Assembly (NCBI RefSeq): GCF_964188315.1
Contig: NC_135671.1
Span: 38,192,001-38,256,000 of the forward strand
Source of the DNA: Podarcis muralis
Lineage: Eukaryota
Length of the DNA: 64,000 bases
Direction: 5' to 3'
This document shows positions 1-12,167 of this stretch, in pieces. Below the pieces are notes generated by a model that was not told where the DNA came from, ran no database searches, and was given only the letters and a program-made list of their open reading frames with translations. How positions within the stretch are numbered: position 1 is the stretch's first letter; each line of letters starts with the position of its first letter. Made by a program: the position numbers and the translations under genes.

Positions 1-93
1 ACTGCGGGAGGCAGTGGAAGACAGGAGTGCCTGGCGTGCTCTGGTCCATGGGGTCACGAAGAGTTGGACATGACTAAATGACTAAACGACAAC
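1..93 (+). mobile_element. BovB (RTE clade) LINE 3' terminus, cut by the window edge
   Basis: GGCAGTGGAAGACAGGAGTGCCTGGCGTGCTCTGGTCCATGGGGTCACGAAGAGTTGGACATGACT...ACAAC is the characteristic BovB 3' end. Confidence 0.85.
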
Positions 94-750
94 AGTCTCA
101 CTGAGAGTAGATCCCATTATGATCCACTGATATCCATTAACTCATAGAGTAAACCCATTGATGTCAATGAGTGTTACCCAGAGTATCCAGCACTGGGAAA
201 TCACTCCAAGCACACAGGTAAAAACAACAACCCCACAACAATCACTAATATTACAGACCTTCTGGCTTTGCTCCAGACTCCTGAAACCAGCTCAGTCTGT
301 CAAGTTTTATTATGCCTAATTACTCAGAATTCCCATATAGATCAATGCTCCTTTCTCCCAAGCACACACAGAACTGCATCCCACTAATGGATATAGAGAG
401 CTGCCACATACCAGGTCAGACTCTTGGTCTCATATATGTAGCCCATTATTGTTCTGAGTGGCTGCAGCTCTGCAAGAGTCTTAAATCTCAGCCTTTCCCA
501 ACATCTGATCCTTTTAACTGACAATGCCAGGGACTGAACCAGAAACCTTCTGCATGCAAAGCATATGTTTGACCACTGAGCCAAGGTCCTTTCCCAAGGT
601 TGCAGGAAGTTGCTTCAGCAAGCTTCCCAGAAGAAAATGTTTCCAAAGGCAGAATTCCCTAGGAAGTTCCTGTGAGTAACCACTGCCAGTTTCTCTCTAC
701 CTGGGGCACATAGTTGGCATTGTTAGGAGGATGCCATTACATGGCAGGGC

Positions 751-751
<1 letters not shown>

Positions 752-833
<82 letters not shown>
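752..833. repeat. Compound (GT)n(AG)n microsatellite
   Basis: Read directly from the sequence. Confidence 0.98.
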
Positions 834-834
<1 letters not shown>

Positions 835-923
835 GAAACACATTTAAATAAGTTTCAAATCTCTTTAACTGAGGGTCCCAGATGTCTAACCTGGAGTTTC
901 ATTGGCCCGTTTCAATCAAAGCT

Positions 924-1630
924 TAGAATCATAGAATCATAGAATCATAGAGTTGGAAGAGACCACAAGGGCCATCGAGTCCAACCCCCTGCCAAGCAGG
1001 AAACACCATCAGAGCACTCCTGACATATGGTTGTCAAGCCTCTGCTTAAAGACCTCCAAAGACGGAGACTCCACCACACTCCTTGGCAGCAAATTCCACT
1101 GTCGAACAGCTCTTACTGTCAGGAAGTTCTTCCTAATGTTTAGGTGGAATCTTCTTTCTTGTAGTTTGGATCCATTGCTCCGTGTCCGCTTCTCTGGAGC
1201 AGCAGAAAACAACCTTTCTCCCTCCTCTATGTGACATCCTTTTATATATTTGAACATGGCTATCATATCACCCCTTAACCTCCTCTTCTCCAGGCTAAAC
1301 ATGCCAAGCTCCCTTAGCCGTTCCTCATAAGGCATCGTTTCCAGGCCTTTGACCATTTTGGTTGCCCTCCTCTGGACACGTTCCAGTTTGTCAGTGTCCT
1401 TCTTGAACTGTGGTGCCCAGAACTGGACACGGTACTCCAGGTGAGGTCTGAACAGAGCAGAATACAGTGGCACTATTACTTCCCTTGATCTAGATGCTAT
1501 ACTCCTATTGATGCAGCCCAGAATTGCATTGGCTTTTTTAGCTGCCACGTCACACTGTTGGCTCATGTCAAGTTTGTGGTCAACCAAGACTCCTAGATCC
1601 TTTTCACATGTACTGCTCTCAAGCCAGGTG
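924..1630 (-). mobile_element. Young 5'-truncated CR1 LINE (ORF2 C-terminus, 3' UTR and (ATTCTATG)n tail)
   Basis: ORF 1009-1587 has CR1 ORF2 motifs ([26 protein letters not shown]). About 98% identical to the 3' part of the copy at 59.2-60.9 kb. Confidence 0.95.
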
Positions 1631-1638
1631 CTTATGCA

Positions 1639-1800
1639 TACACTATACCTTTAAAGCACATTCTTTCTCTCAAAAAATTCTGGGCACTCTAGTCTGTTAA
1701 GGGTTGCTGGGAAATGTAACTCTGTGAGGGATAAACTACAGTGCCCAGGATTTTTCGGAGGAGAATAAGTTCCTAATGTTCTTTAAAGGTATAGTGTGTA
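1639..1800. mobile_element. Palindromic MITE-like repeat
   Basis: Terminal inverted arms ACACTATACCTTTAAAG / CTTTAAAGGTATAGTGT; related copies near 19140-19245, 43170-43325 and 54340-54440. Confidence 0.6.
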
Positions 1801-2238
1801 AAGAACCAGAGTTTAAATCAGGTTTAAAGATCAGTCCTGTGGAGATTCCCTTAGAGTGTGTGATGAAATAAAGGAAATACAGTATGTTCTGGTCCAGGAA
1901 AGGGCAGATTTGTGGAATAGACTTTGCATTTCCCTAGAACCCTCAAGCTCCACCAATTGGAGCCTGGTTTGGAATACATGTGCTAAGAATTAAAGAACAT
2001 GGTGCCTTTGAACAGCTACTGAACCCAGGGAATTGTGTTGAGTTATCAGAACTGAACTGAGTTCACAGTTCTTCCATGTTACTCCTCGTTACTCCTCGTT
2101 TCTTCATTTTAGAAGTCTGGTTGGGAAGCAAGATATGTCATTTTGTTGCTGCAATTATTAAACAATTGGGAGTCACAAATCCCTGCAGAAATACCGCACT
2201 AGTTCTAGATCCACCTTATGCTCATTCCTAGTCTAGAC

Positions 2239-2820
2239 CAGGGGTCAGCAAACTTTTTTAGGAGGGGGCCAGTTCACTGCCCCTCAGACCTTGTGGTGGG
2301 CCGGAGTGCGCACGCACGCGCGTGCACACACACACGCAACAGAGGGGGTATTCTCTCTCCCCCCCTCCCCCAGCCCCTCCCCTCCTCTTGCTTTCCTACC
2401 TCCTCCGCCGCTCTGCCTGCGGTTGGGCGTCACCACTGGCGCTGCCTCTCCTTTCCGGGCCAGCTTTCCCGGGTGCCAGGTGGCGGGGCCAGCAGACACG
2501 CCGAGCTTCAGCCAAAGCCCTGTGACACACCCGTCATGATGCCCACAGCGCGGCCATGGACGGAGAGGTGGGTGGCGAGGCTTTGGATGGCTGGCATCAA
2601 TCAAAGCACAGCTCCCGTCCTCTGCAGGGCGGGGAGAAGCCAGGAGGAGGCGCCGCCATTGTGTATTTGGGGGGGGGGGAGGCAGAAATGGCGCCCGAAA
2701 AAAATTACAAAAAAAGGCGCAGTCCAAACGATCATACCGATCCAAGTGGTGATTCCAGGATTGTCCGCAGGCTGGATCAGGCCCAATTGCCCTCTGGATC
2801 CCTTAGTTTGCCGACCCATG
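2239..2820. mobile_element. hAT (Charlie-like) non-autonomous element with GC/CpG-rich interior
   Basis: TIRs CAGGGGTCAGCAAACT / AGTTTGCCGACCCATG (14/16 match) and 8-bp TSD gtctagac / ttctagac. Confidence 0.85.
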
Positions 2821-3246
2821 TTCTAGACAGATCCTATGCATAAGTCTCACCAAGTTCAAAGGGAATTATTCCCAAGAGTGTGTACATAGGAGGGCAAAAT
2901 TAGATGTTTGCTTTGAACCATTTGGTCTGTTACAGATCGAAACCAATCCCATGAAGTATTAGAGCACTGCACTGGGTCAAAGATCATGCATGTGGGTGTT
3001 GGAAAACATGATCGTGTAAGGCAGAATCTAGGACGCTGATGTGCAACTGGGAACTGATGCCAGGACATTGTGCTCCCAGGTCTTCCAACCTTCTGGGTGT
3101 GGGCTGTGCCTTGCAGAGATATGCAATTTTAGGATTTCCCCTCAGAGGAAAACAGAAACAACGCGGCTTATTCCCTTCCTTCAATTGATAATCAAACCAA
3201 GCCAATTCCTTCTGGGTCAATCCAAGGAGCCAAGCTGCATCCATAC

Positions 3247-3389
3247 CTCTTTGTAAGAAGAGATGACTCTCTCTGTGGCATCAGCTGCTGCATTCAGTAG
3301 ACTCCGTGCTGTGGTGAAGGCTTCGGTTCTCAGGCTCACCAGCTCATTCTCCTCCATGTCCAGCGCAGCTTGCTTCACTGCCTCAGGGT
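3247..3389 (-). CDS. ABCD1: ABCD1 coding exon 3 (143 nt); downstream exons lie outside the window
   Basis: Acceptor atgccag|AC and donor GAG|GTATGG. Translates (D)[47 protein letters not shown]; 143 nt equals human exon 3. Confidence 0.97.
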
Positions 3390-4825
3390 CTGGCATAGGA
3401 GGGGAAACCGACATGGTCAGCAGAAACTCCAAGGACAACATCTCTACCCTCCATTTTCTAGCTCCACAGCTGTTTTTAGGACCTGAGTTTGCCTGGAAAT
3501 CACATGCTCTCACCTGGAATCCTTTCCCTCTGGCCAGGAACACTTGCCTACGGATTACTTCCTGCACGAACAAAAACATAAGCAGGGGACTCTGAAACTC
3601 CCTCCTCCCAGCATCCCTGGCCTTGGTGAAACCTCTCCCGTAGGCATTTGAGGCATTTGCTTCTAGGCACAGGAAAAGGCTCTTTAATTCTCTCTTGCAC
3701 CCTTGTGGTTAGCAAAGACGTTCTAACAGAGTTCTTCCCTTAAATATTTCCTTTGTTTGCCAGATTTATTTATTTGGAATACTTATTACCTGCCCTTCAT
3801 CATATGTCCCAGGGCAAGGTGTATTCCAAAATCAGTAAAACAAATTCGAGCAGCATTAAGCTAAAACCATACTTGAAAACCATAGCATTAACTTAACAAT
3901 GGCAAAACAGCTGCAGCAACACAGCATGGGGGAAACGGTTATTCCATCTTTAACCTCCACCTCCAAAGGCCACAGGTGTGTCTGCTGGAGGGTATGCAAT
4001 GTTGGGGCCAGACACATGTCGGAGGGGAGGATGTTGCAACACCTCTCTTGTTTTGCCACCCCTTAAGTTTCACCAGGCAGTGGTGCTGCAAACAGGGCCT
4101 AATGCCTAATGTCAGGAACATATGGTGACAGAGCCTTCCGTGTTGTAGATGTGGGTGCTGGAGGAAGGAGTAGCTTAAATAGCCATTGGCCTGTCTCTTG
4201 GCTAACATGGGAGAAAGCAGCTAAGACAATATCTAGGTAGCGGAGGGGCCCTTGGTAGCAGATGCTACAGCTACAACCAGATTAGGAAATCCCTGAAGAG
4301 CCTGTACTGGATCACTGGACCTTCAGTTCCTATTCTAACTGGGCAGGTCCCAGAGACTAAGCTAACAAAGATCCTCTTCAGACTTCAAGGAGGAGGAGGA
4401 GGCGTTGGCGAGGGCAGGGACAGCTCAGACACCCACAGCGAAAACAACAAAGAAAGCAACCAATCTTCCTGGGGTGGTCGGCCTTTCGGTTTCTGTAATA
4501 CCTTTACATTTAATCATCAAATATCTGTATAATTAGATTTAAACTCAGGAAGAGGAACCTGATCACCTACTGCTGATCCTGATGGGTCATTTCACCAGAA
4601 CTTTGAGCAACAGGAGAGAAAAATGCCTTCCAGAAAGAAAATTGTTGCATAAGGCAGCAGGGCTCTAGCCTAGGCTTAGGCCTAGACATTATAAGATTAT
4701 CAGTTTGACAACACCCTTCATGTCATTCTAGGTATCATTACTCAAGAAGATATATGGAACAGGTGAGCTGCCGACCTGCCCAGCAAGTTATCATTGACGA
4801 AATCAGGATCACACACACAGGGTGA

Positions 4826-4828
<3 letters not shown>

Positions 4829-4858
<30 letters not shown>

Positions 4859-4920
4859 TTTTATTTATATCCTGCCCTCCCCAGCCGAAGCCGGGCTCAG
4901 GGCAGCTAACGACAATAAAA
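4829..4920 (-). mobile_element. L2 LINE 3' tip with (AAT)10 tail
   Basis: The reverse complement GTTAGCTGCCCTGAGCCCGGCTTCGGCTGGGGAGGGCAGGATATAAAT matches the 3' end of the L2 at 32788-33243. Confidence 0.7.
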
Positions 4921-5892
4921 ATTAACACAAGGACACCTCTTGCCTATAAAACTAAGGAGGAAAAACAGGGTCTCCTCTTCACATCTCCCCAGCTGCAGCT
5001 GTTTTTCAAAACCAACATCTGTGTTCAATGCCATAGCTAGCCATTTTCATGCGCAGTGAAGGTTTCCAGTTCTGTACACATAAAAACAACTGACCTCAGG
5101 GAGCGTGAAGAATGGTTGTGGGCCTTTAAAAGCAAAGACCAAGGACTAGGAACGCAAGTATCTTCCGAAGAGGTGCAAAACAGCAAGAAAGGGTGCAGCT
5201 CCAAACTGAGAAGCAGCGGGTGTGCAGGGTGTATGCTTAACCCTTTCCTTACCTGCTACTTTCAACCTTCAATCACCTTGTTATCATCTCCTGCCCCAGT
5301 TCAATCTAAGATTCTGCACATTCATTTACTGTGTTCTTCAGGAAAACAGCTTATATTTTCTTCCCCTACCCGAAGCTTCTTCTCTAAATCACACAGTCTT
5401 CCTGTCACTTTGAAGCTGTTTTGAATGTCCTGACCCCAGACTCTGCCAAATGTGTAATTCAACCCAAAGATTACAGCCACTTCCACATCTTCACTGCTCA
5501 GACAATCTGTTCCTGTAAGGGGGGCGGGACTGGAAAGATGTGGCTGAGACAGGGGCTGCCATGTCACATCTATCCTGTTTTCTCCCCCCTCTGCAATTCT
5601 GTGGTTATATGTACTTCACTGTGGCAAAACTGGCAAGCAGAGGCCCAAGGAGAATCTGCAGCAATGGCTAGTCTGATGCCCTCCCTAAGCCTCTTAAGCA
5701 AGCTGGTATCGGGCACTTCATGCGGCATCCTGAAAGCATTCTTAAGTATCCCCTGCCAACAAACAATTATTTACTTTATTACTATATCAATAAGTGACGC
5801 CCAACATGCTCCCGTCACCCTGTTTACAAAACCTAATTTTGTAATTTGTAAACCTTGTTTACAACCTAATTACAAAAACTGCCTCCACTCAC

Positions 5893-6073
5893 CTGTCTCA
5901 GAGTAGCCAGTGGCGGTGATGATTGGCACAGCTACCATGACCAGCCCGGCGGCGCTCCACACGTACTTCATGAGGAACTGCTCCAGCATGACATACCAGA
6001 GCCTTTCCAGGAGCAGCACATTGATCTGGGAGGCCAGCTCACGATAAGAGCGCCGCAAAAGGGACAACTCCAC
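5893..6073 (-). CDS. ABCD1: ABCD1 coding exon 2 (181 nt)
   Basis: Acceptor cttcag|GTG and donor G|GTGAGT. Translates [60 protein letters not shown]; 181 nt equals human exon 2. Confidence 0.98.
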
Positions 6074-6343
6074 CTGAAGGGGAGGCCAGGAGACATTATG
6101 GCATTCGGCAGGGTGATGAGATGTTTATTATTTATCATTTGTATACAGGTGTATCCCCTATGAGGTTCCCAGGTCTCCCATCCAGACTGCGACCAGATTC
6201 AGACCTGCTTAGCTTCAGTCAGGCAGCTGAAATCCCACGCCCTTAGACTTTGCCTTAATGCAGCTGCTGAGATGGAGGGCATTTCCATGTGGCTCTAATT
6301 TCAGAAGCACTGCTGCTTTACTTCCAGTGCCTGGAGTTTAATT

Positions 6344-6712
6344 AAGAACCAAAGAAGAATCCTGCTGGATCAGGCCAAAGGCCACCTAGTCCCGCATCCT
6401 CACATTAGCCAACCAGATGCTTGCAGGCTGGACATGAGCACAACAGAACCCGAAATTCCCAGCAACTGGTATTCAGAAGCAGTACTGCCTCCCATTGTGA
6501 AGGCACAGCAGAGCCTGATCGCTAGTAGCCATGGATAGCCCTCCCCTCCATGAATTTGTTTAACCCTCTTTGAAAGCCATCTACGCTGGTGGCCAGCTCT
6601 GCTTCCTGCTGGAGCAGGTACTACAGTTTAACTAAGGGCTCTGTGAATGAGTAATTTCTTTTATCTGTTCTGAATCTTGCGGCATTCAGCTTCATTGGAT
6701 GTCCATGACCTC
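6344..6712 (-). mobile_element. Older CR1-type LINE 3' fragment
   Basis: CCTGCTGGATCAGGCCAA...GCTAGTAGCCATGGATAGCC...GAATTTG family, repeated at about 13030-13240, 23125-23300, 46330-46470 and 50820-51125. Confidence 0.65.
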
Positions 6713-6917
6713 TTGTCATCTAGGCAGCCCAGGACCCCCAGACATACTGCCCAGGCTTGTGCCGGCCCAGGGAGGTCACTTTGGTGGTGCTAACATACTG
6801 GTTTGATTTCACCCCCAGAGGCACACTCTATTGTCTCAAGACAGACGGAGGTTCACAACAGCTCCACTTTTCTCATGATATACATAATTTTATAAACTTC
6901 TATCATACCACCTCTTA

Positions 6918-7272
6918 AAAAGGGACGTGGGTGGCGCTGTGGGTTAAACCACAGAGCCTAGGACTTGCCGATCAGAAGGTCGGCGGTTCGAATCCCCGCG
7001 ACGGGATGAGCTCCCGTTGCTCGGTCCCTGCTCCTGCCAACCTAGCAGTTCGAAAGCATGTCAAAGTGCAAGTAGATAAATAGGTACCGCTCCGGCGGGA
7101 AGGTAAACGGCGTTTCCGTGCACTGCTCTGGTTCACCAGAAGCGGCTTAGTCATGCTGGCCGCATGACCTGGAAGCTGTACACTGGCTCCCTCGGCCAGT
7201 AAAGCGAGATGAGCACCGCAACCCCAGAGTCGGTCACGACTGGACCTAATGGTCAGGAGTCCCTTTACCTTT
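6918..7272 (+). mobile_element. Sauria SINE, full length (subtype A)
   Basis: tRNA-like head with A box and B box (GGTTCGAATCC), (ACCTTT)n tail and 11-bp TSD accacctctta (6907-6917 / 7273-7283). Confidence 0.93.
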
Positions 7273-7297
7273 ACCACCTCTTAGTCATCTTTAAAAA

Positions 7298-7534
7298 AGG
7301 TAAAGGGGCCCCTGACCATTAGGTCCAGTCGTGACCGACTCTGGGGTTACGACGCTCATCTCGCTCTATAGGCCGAGGGGGCTGGGGTTTGTCCACAGAC
7401 AGCTTCCGGGTCATGTGGCCAGCATGACTAAGCCGCTTCTGCCGAACCAGAGCAGCGCTCGGAAACGCCGTTTACCTTCCCGCAGGAGCGGTACCTATTT
7501 ATCTACTTGCACTTTGACGTGCTTTTGAACTGCT
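7298..7534 (-). mobile_element. Sauria SINE, 5'-truncated (subtype A)
   Basis: Reverse complement of the 3' two-thirds of the adjacent copy. Confidence 0.9.
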
Positions 7535-10500
7535 AGAAACTAAAAAGTTTCAAATGCTACAGACTTTCTCTGTCTACTCCCTGGAGGCCAGAGGTAGCAT
7601 TACCTCTTTGTTAGAGAATCTGCTTCATCTGTGCGCATGTGATGAAAAGGTTCAATGGTTCAAAAGCAGCCACCCCCACCAGGTTCAGTGCTTTTAGCAG
7701 CAGACTGACCTGCATAAATAAGGCAGGTGATGCTTTGCTCATTCCTTTATCTCCATGTCAGGAAAAGTTTCCTTCTTTACTGACCACCAGCCAGCTCTTA
7801 AAAGGCACTTGAGCAATTTCCACAAGAAAGAGGCAGAACGACAGTTTGGTTCATTACACGTGTGTCTTTTTTCAGGACTACAGAATTAAGGGACAACTGA
7901 CATATGTGAATGAGCCATTGCAATTCTCTGCTGTCATAGACAGAACTCTTAGAGAGTTTAACTCTAAGATTTTAACCAGCCCTGTCCTTAACAGCAGCTA
8001 CGGCAGCAGTCTCCACCCCCATTACAAGAGAAGCCTCATCTACATATATTTGCCCAATCAATGTGCTGTTAAAGACACAGCAGCAGTGGAGTTGGGTCAC
8101 TGGTAATTGTCAAGTGATAAGTACACAAGTGATGTACCTGAATATGTGAACTGGCCCTAAGATTGTCCCTCCCTTTCTGAAAGGGAGGAGAAAAGAGGTG
8201 TAAAGTAATCCCAAGGATAAAAAGTAGGGGGAAGATTTCTAAAATTCAGTTGTTCTAATAGCACAATCCTATGCATATTTATTCAGAAGTAAGCTCCAGT
8301 GGTTGCAATGGGACTTGCTTCCCAGTAAGTGTGGCTTCCACTATCTGTGTGACTACAGAAATAGGAAAAGTACTATAGCAACACACACCCTGAACTTTGG
8401 GTTACAAACTGAAAAGCCACATTTTGAATAAGGAGTCCCAGTTCCAAAACCAGCCTTTACTAGCACTTCACTGGTGCTAAATGGTTTGTCAGGGTTTTCA
8501 TCTCATAGATGCAGGGATGCAGCAATACAACACAGTATTTGCATTCATAGAGTAATGGCCAGTGGCAGTGGGGAGCCAGGGGGGCTATGGTTCCGGGCAC
8601 AAAATTCTGAGGGGGTGGCCTCCATACAGCCACCAGCTTCTGCAGGGATCCCTATCCTGGCAAAGGCAGCAAAGCAGCCTGCCAGGGGGTTGCGCCACTG
8701 CCACCCAGGCACATCCTGGAAGGCCCTGTCCCAGGCTCCCTGTCCTTGCCTGCCTGCCTGCCACCCGGGGTTTCTGGACCCTGGAGCCCAACCTGGCCTT
8801 GCCGCCATGTCCCTGGCAGAGGCTGGCAACTGAAGTCTACCTTCCTCACATTCCTGAGGCCATGCCACCCTTCATTCTCCAGGCCATGCCATGCCAAGGC
8901 CTCACTGAATGGCTGCCTGGCCAGTGCTTGCTCATTCCTTGCTCAGTGTGCCACGCTCCTTGGACGGCAGCAAGAGCCGCCCAGGTCCACAGTGAGTGGA
9001 TGCGGATGGAGGGTGGGTGACCCCAGGGCAGCCCGACTCAGTGCTCCTCTCTGCAGGCATCGAGGGGATTTGCCCACCAAGGGTCATGTAAGCCAGCTGG
9101 GCTCCCTCCTGTGCAGACGGGCAGGTGGCACAGCACAGCTCCGCTTGGTTCCAGTGGCATTGGTGGCTTGCCTGCCCCAGGCGCCAGCAACCCAGGCTAC
9201 ACCACTGGCCAATGGCAGCTTTTAATTACCTACTGGAAGGTCAGGCTGTGGTGCTAATACCTAGTCTTCTCCTTAGTTCTCTGCAGTTGAAATTGGGAAA
9301 TTGCTCTGTCCCTTCATCTCTGTGGTACAAGCCCTGTTAGCCTCACAACAGCAATTCGCCTGGTGTTAAATCTGAGTACAAAAGTGCTAGTTCAGCCGCA
9401 CTGGGACAGGGAGCCTGGATTGCACCAAACCAAATCTACCTGTGACTCCCAAATTATGGAATGCTCTCCCCAGGAAGGTTTGCCTGGCACCTCCATTATA
9501 TACCTTCAGGTGCCAGGTGAAAACATTCCCCTTCAACCAGGCCTTTCGCTGATTGACATCCGATGCTCTTTCAAAAGTGTTGTGGGAGGGGGGATTATTG
9601 GATTTTTCTTGTTCTTATTTTTACTATGCATTTTTTGTTTTTTATATTGTAATTCTATGTTGTGAACTGCCCTTAGACCTGCAGATGAAGGGCAATATAC
9701 AAATTTAATAAATAATGGTAATAATAATAAATAACACCCTGAAAAAATACAGGAGGTGCACAGGGGTATGAGATAATCCTGCACCAATCCCACAACTTTA
9801 ATAGGGAGGGCAAAGTTAATGAGTACCAAGGCAGGAAGGTCAGCATTTCCTGTTCTCCACTTACTAAAGCCATTGAGGTGACAACTAGCAGATCTTGTCT
9901 CAAAGAGATGGGGATGGGGTGGCTGCTGTTTTTGAGTCACAGTCCTGCTATTCTGACAATGGCTTTCATATGGGGAGTAGTATTTTTGTCCTATGCTGTG
10001 TCCTCCACCCTTCCAATCTGCTGTGCAAGACTGGTGGGAGGCCATCTTATGCTGAAGAGCCACAGGTAGGTAGACTAGTGGAGGAGGGGGCAGCTGGAGG
10101 CACAGCACAAATGCATCCAATAGCCCTAAGAAAACCCTGAACATTCAGAGATAATTGTCTTAAACATCACAAGTGGTGACACAATTCAAATGTCATCATG
10201 ACTAATACTGGTCATACTCCTTTTTTCTAAAGGGCAACTGCTGCTATAGACTTTTTGTCTGAGGTGTGTGCATGTGTGCACAAATCTGCATGGTTCTAAT
10301 AAATGTTTAAGCACAAAGGCTGGTCCCGTTGCTGTATTTCTGTGTGCGAATGTGACCTACAATTACCCTTAATTTGGGCAGGATGCCAAAGGTAGGAGAG
10401 TTTTCGGCCTTGGAATGTTCCTGACACAGCTGGGCTGGAATGGAGAGGGGCGACTGCAGTGTACATGTGATAAAAATGACGATTAACTTCGGTCACCATC

Positions 10501-11228
10501 GCCCTCAGTATAAGAGCATTCCCCCCCCCCCCGCCCCCCACCCTCACGATGATTCAGAAAACAGGAAGAGCCTAGATCCCCTGATTCCCAGCTCTCATCT
10601 GTTACTGTTATATGTTATCTGATCCATTGCTTTTCCAAATCTGGGGATCAGAAATGGTGTCTGATAAACACACTGCAACTGCCATCCAATCGCCTCCGCT
10701 AGGCAGTGCAGGAATCCTTAAGTGCCACACTTGGAAACGCCTGGGGCTGTTTTGACGGTTGAGGCAGAAGTCAAGCATGAGCAATAGAAACCAAGAAAGG
10801 TTTCTATGGAAATTTAGACTGGTGGAGGATTACTGAACATGGACAGATTTGAAGCTGGATAAATTCAGGTCAGGGCCTCAGCCTTGCCCTCGGACAAATT
10901 CAAGGAAGAAGACTACAAAGAAAAGGAAGTAAACAAGGGTGCTGGTTTCAGCTCTAGCTTGTCTCTCTATAAAGCCAACTTCACTTCCACCGGCCCAGGG
11001 CCTGGCAGGGTCAGCTGCCTCCGTTTTGGAGCTCAGGGGAAGAAGAGAAAGTGGAAAGACATATAACAAAAGAGGCTGGTGGTAAACTACCCTTCTCTGT
11101 TTCTCCAGTTCTACTACACTATAATTCCCTGTCCGGAAACCCAGGAGTCCTGGCTTCCAGTAATCCTCCTATCAGCTGATCCCTGCTTTCCTCCCAGAGA
11201 ACCATGGCACGTTGCCCACTTGCTTTAC

Positions 11229-12167
11229 CTTATGGCCCCCATAGAAAGCAATCTCTTCCGAGTTGGCGACCACCCGGGAATGCATGTAGCGCAGCTCCCC
11301 TTTCCGACGTGCCTCTTCAGCCACCAGCTGGCCAAACTTTGGCGAACAGGCACGCAGCACCTTGGCAGTGATGCAGACCACCAGGCCGGCAATGACCGAG
11401 GGCCAGGCTGTGTCGGCTCCTTTCGATCTGGCCGAGCTGAGCAGGGTATAGGAAGTGACAATCACATCCAGCACCGGCTTGGTCAGGTTCGAGTAGAGGT
11501 GAGCCACGGAGTTGGCGAAGGCCACCAGATCTTCCGTGAGAGACTGGTCCGGGTTGCGCAGGCGTCCGTCCATGTTGCTGACGCGGTAGTAGGTCTGGCC
11601 CTCAAAGTAGAGCCGATAGGCATGGTCCGCTAAACGTCCGCGGAAGGCCAGGCTCAGCTGCCCTTCTAGGTATCGAATGGCACTGTTGACAAATGTGGCA
11701 GGCAGGGCAATGAGCAGCCACTGAAGAAGCTGCCACGTAAAGTCATGCGGGTTCTTGCGGACGATGCAGCGGGCCAGGCGCCCGTCCAGCTGGGCCACGT
11801 AGACCGAGAGGAAGGTGCGGCTGGCTAGGGCGGCCGAGTGCAAGGCCAGGAGCCCCGTTTCACGGCACAGTGGCCCAGGGAACAGCAACCTCAGCAGGCG
11901 CAGCAGGCGGAAGAAAAACACCCTGTTCACCCCGGGTGGAGATGCTGCCACCTCATCGGCTGCCCCCCACTTGGAGGCTGGCTCTTCAGCACTGTGGTGC
12001 CCTGCTGAGTTGGCATTCACTTGGAGGTCAGAGGAAGCCCACTGTCGCCGCAGGACTGGGTACAACTTCTTGGCTCCATACGCCGCCACCAGCAGTGCCA
12101 CCGCCGCTCTTTTCGCCGTGACCCCCTGGGCCAACCTGGCTGCCACTTTGGCTGTGGCAACTGGCAT
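11229..12167 (-). CDS. ABCD1: ABCD1 coding exon 1 (ALDP N-terminus and transmembrane domain, 313 codons)
   Basis: The ORF starts at GACACC-ATG (12167). It contains the PEX19-binding motif [15 protein letters not shown], then [34 protein letters not shown] and the EAA-like motif EEIAFYGGH, all closely matching human ABCD1. It ends at the donor AAG|GTAAAG in phase 0, as human exon 1 does. Confidence 0.98.

Noticed and set aside
2078-2100. 10-bp tandem duplications (GTTACTCCTC; ATCTCAGCAC at about 15979-15998)
   Set aside because: Ordinary slippage duplications with no inserted element between the copies.
2218-2826. 202-aa and overlapping ORFs
   Set aside because: They lie within or span a MITE and show no protein motifs.
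1-3246. ABCD1 exon 4
   Set aside because: No VTELAGYT-like coding sequence was found on the minus strand; it must lie left of the window.
6922-7000. tRNA genes at SINE heads (also 13803, 21717, 36031, 43597)
   Set aside because: A and B boxes are present, but there is no complete cloverleaf or Pol III terminator and they continue into SINE bodies.
11172-11228. C-terminal tail of the 331-aa ABCD1 ORF ([18 protein letters not shown])
   Set aside because: Read-through into intron 1 past the canonical donor; homology stops at GGHK.
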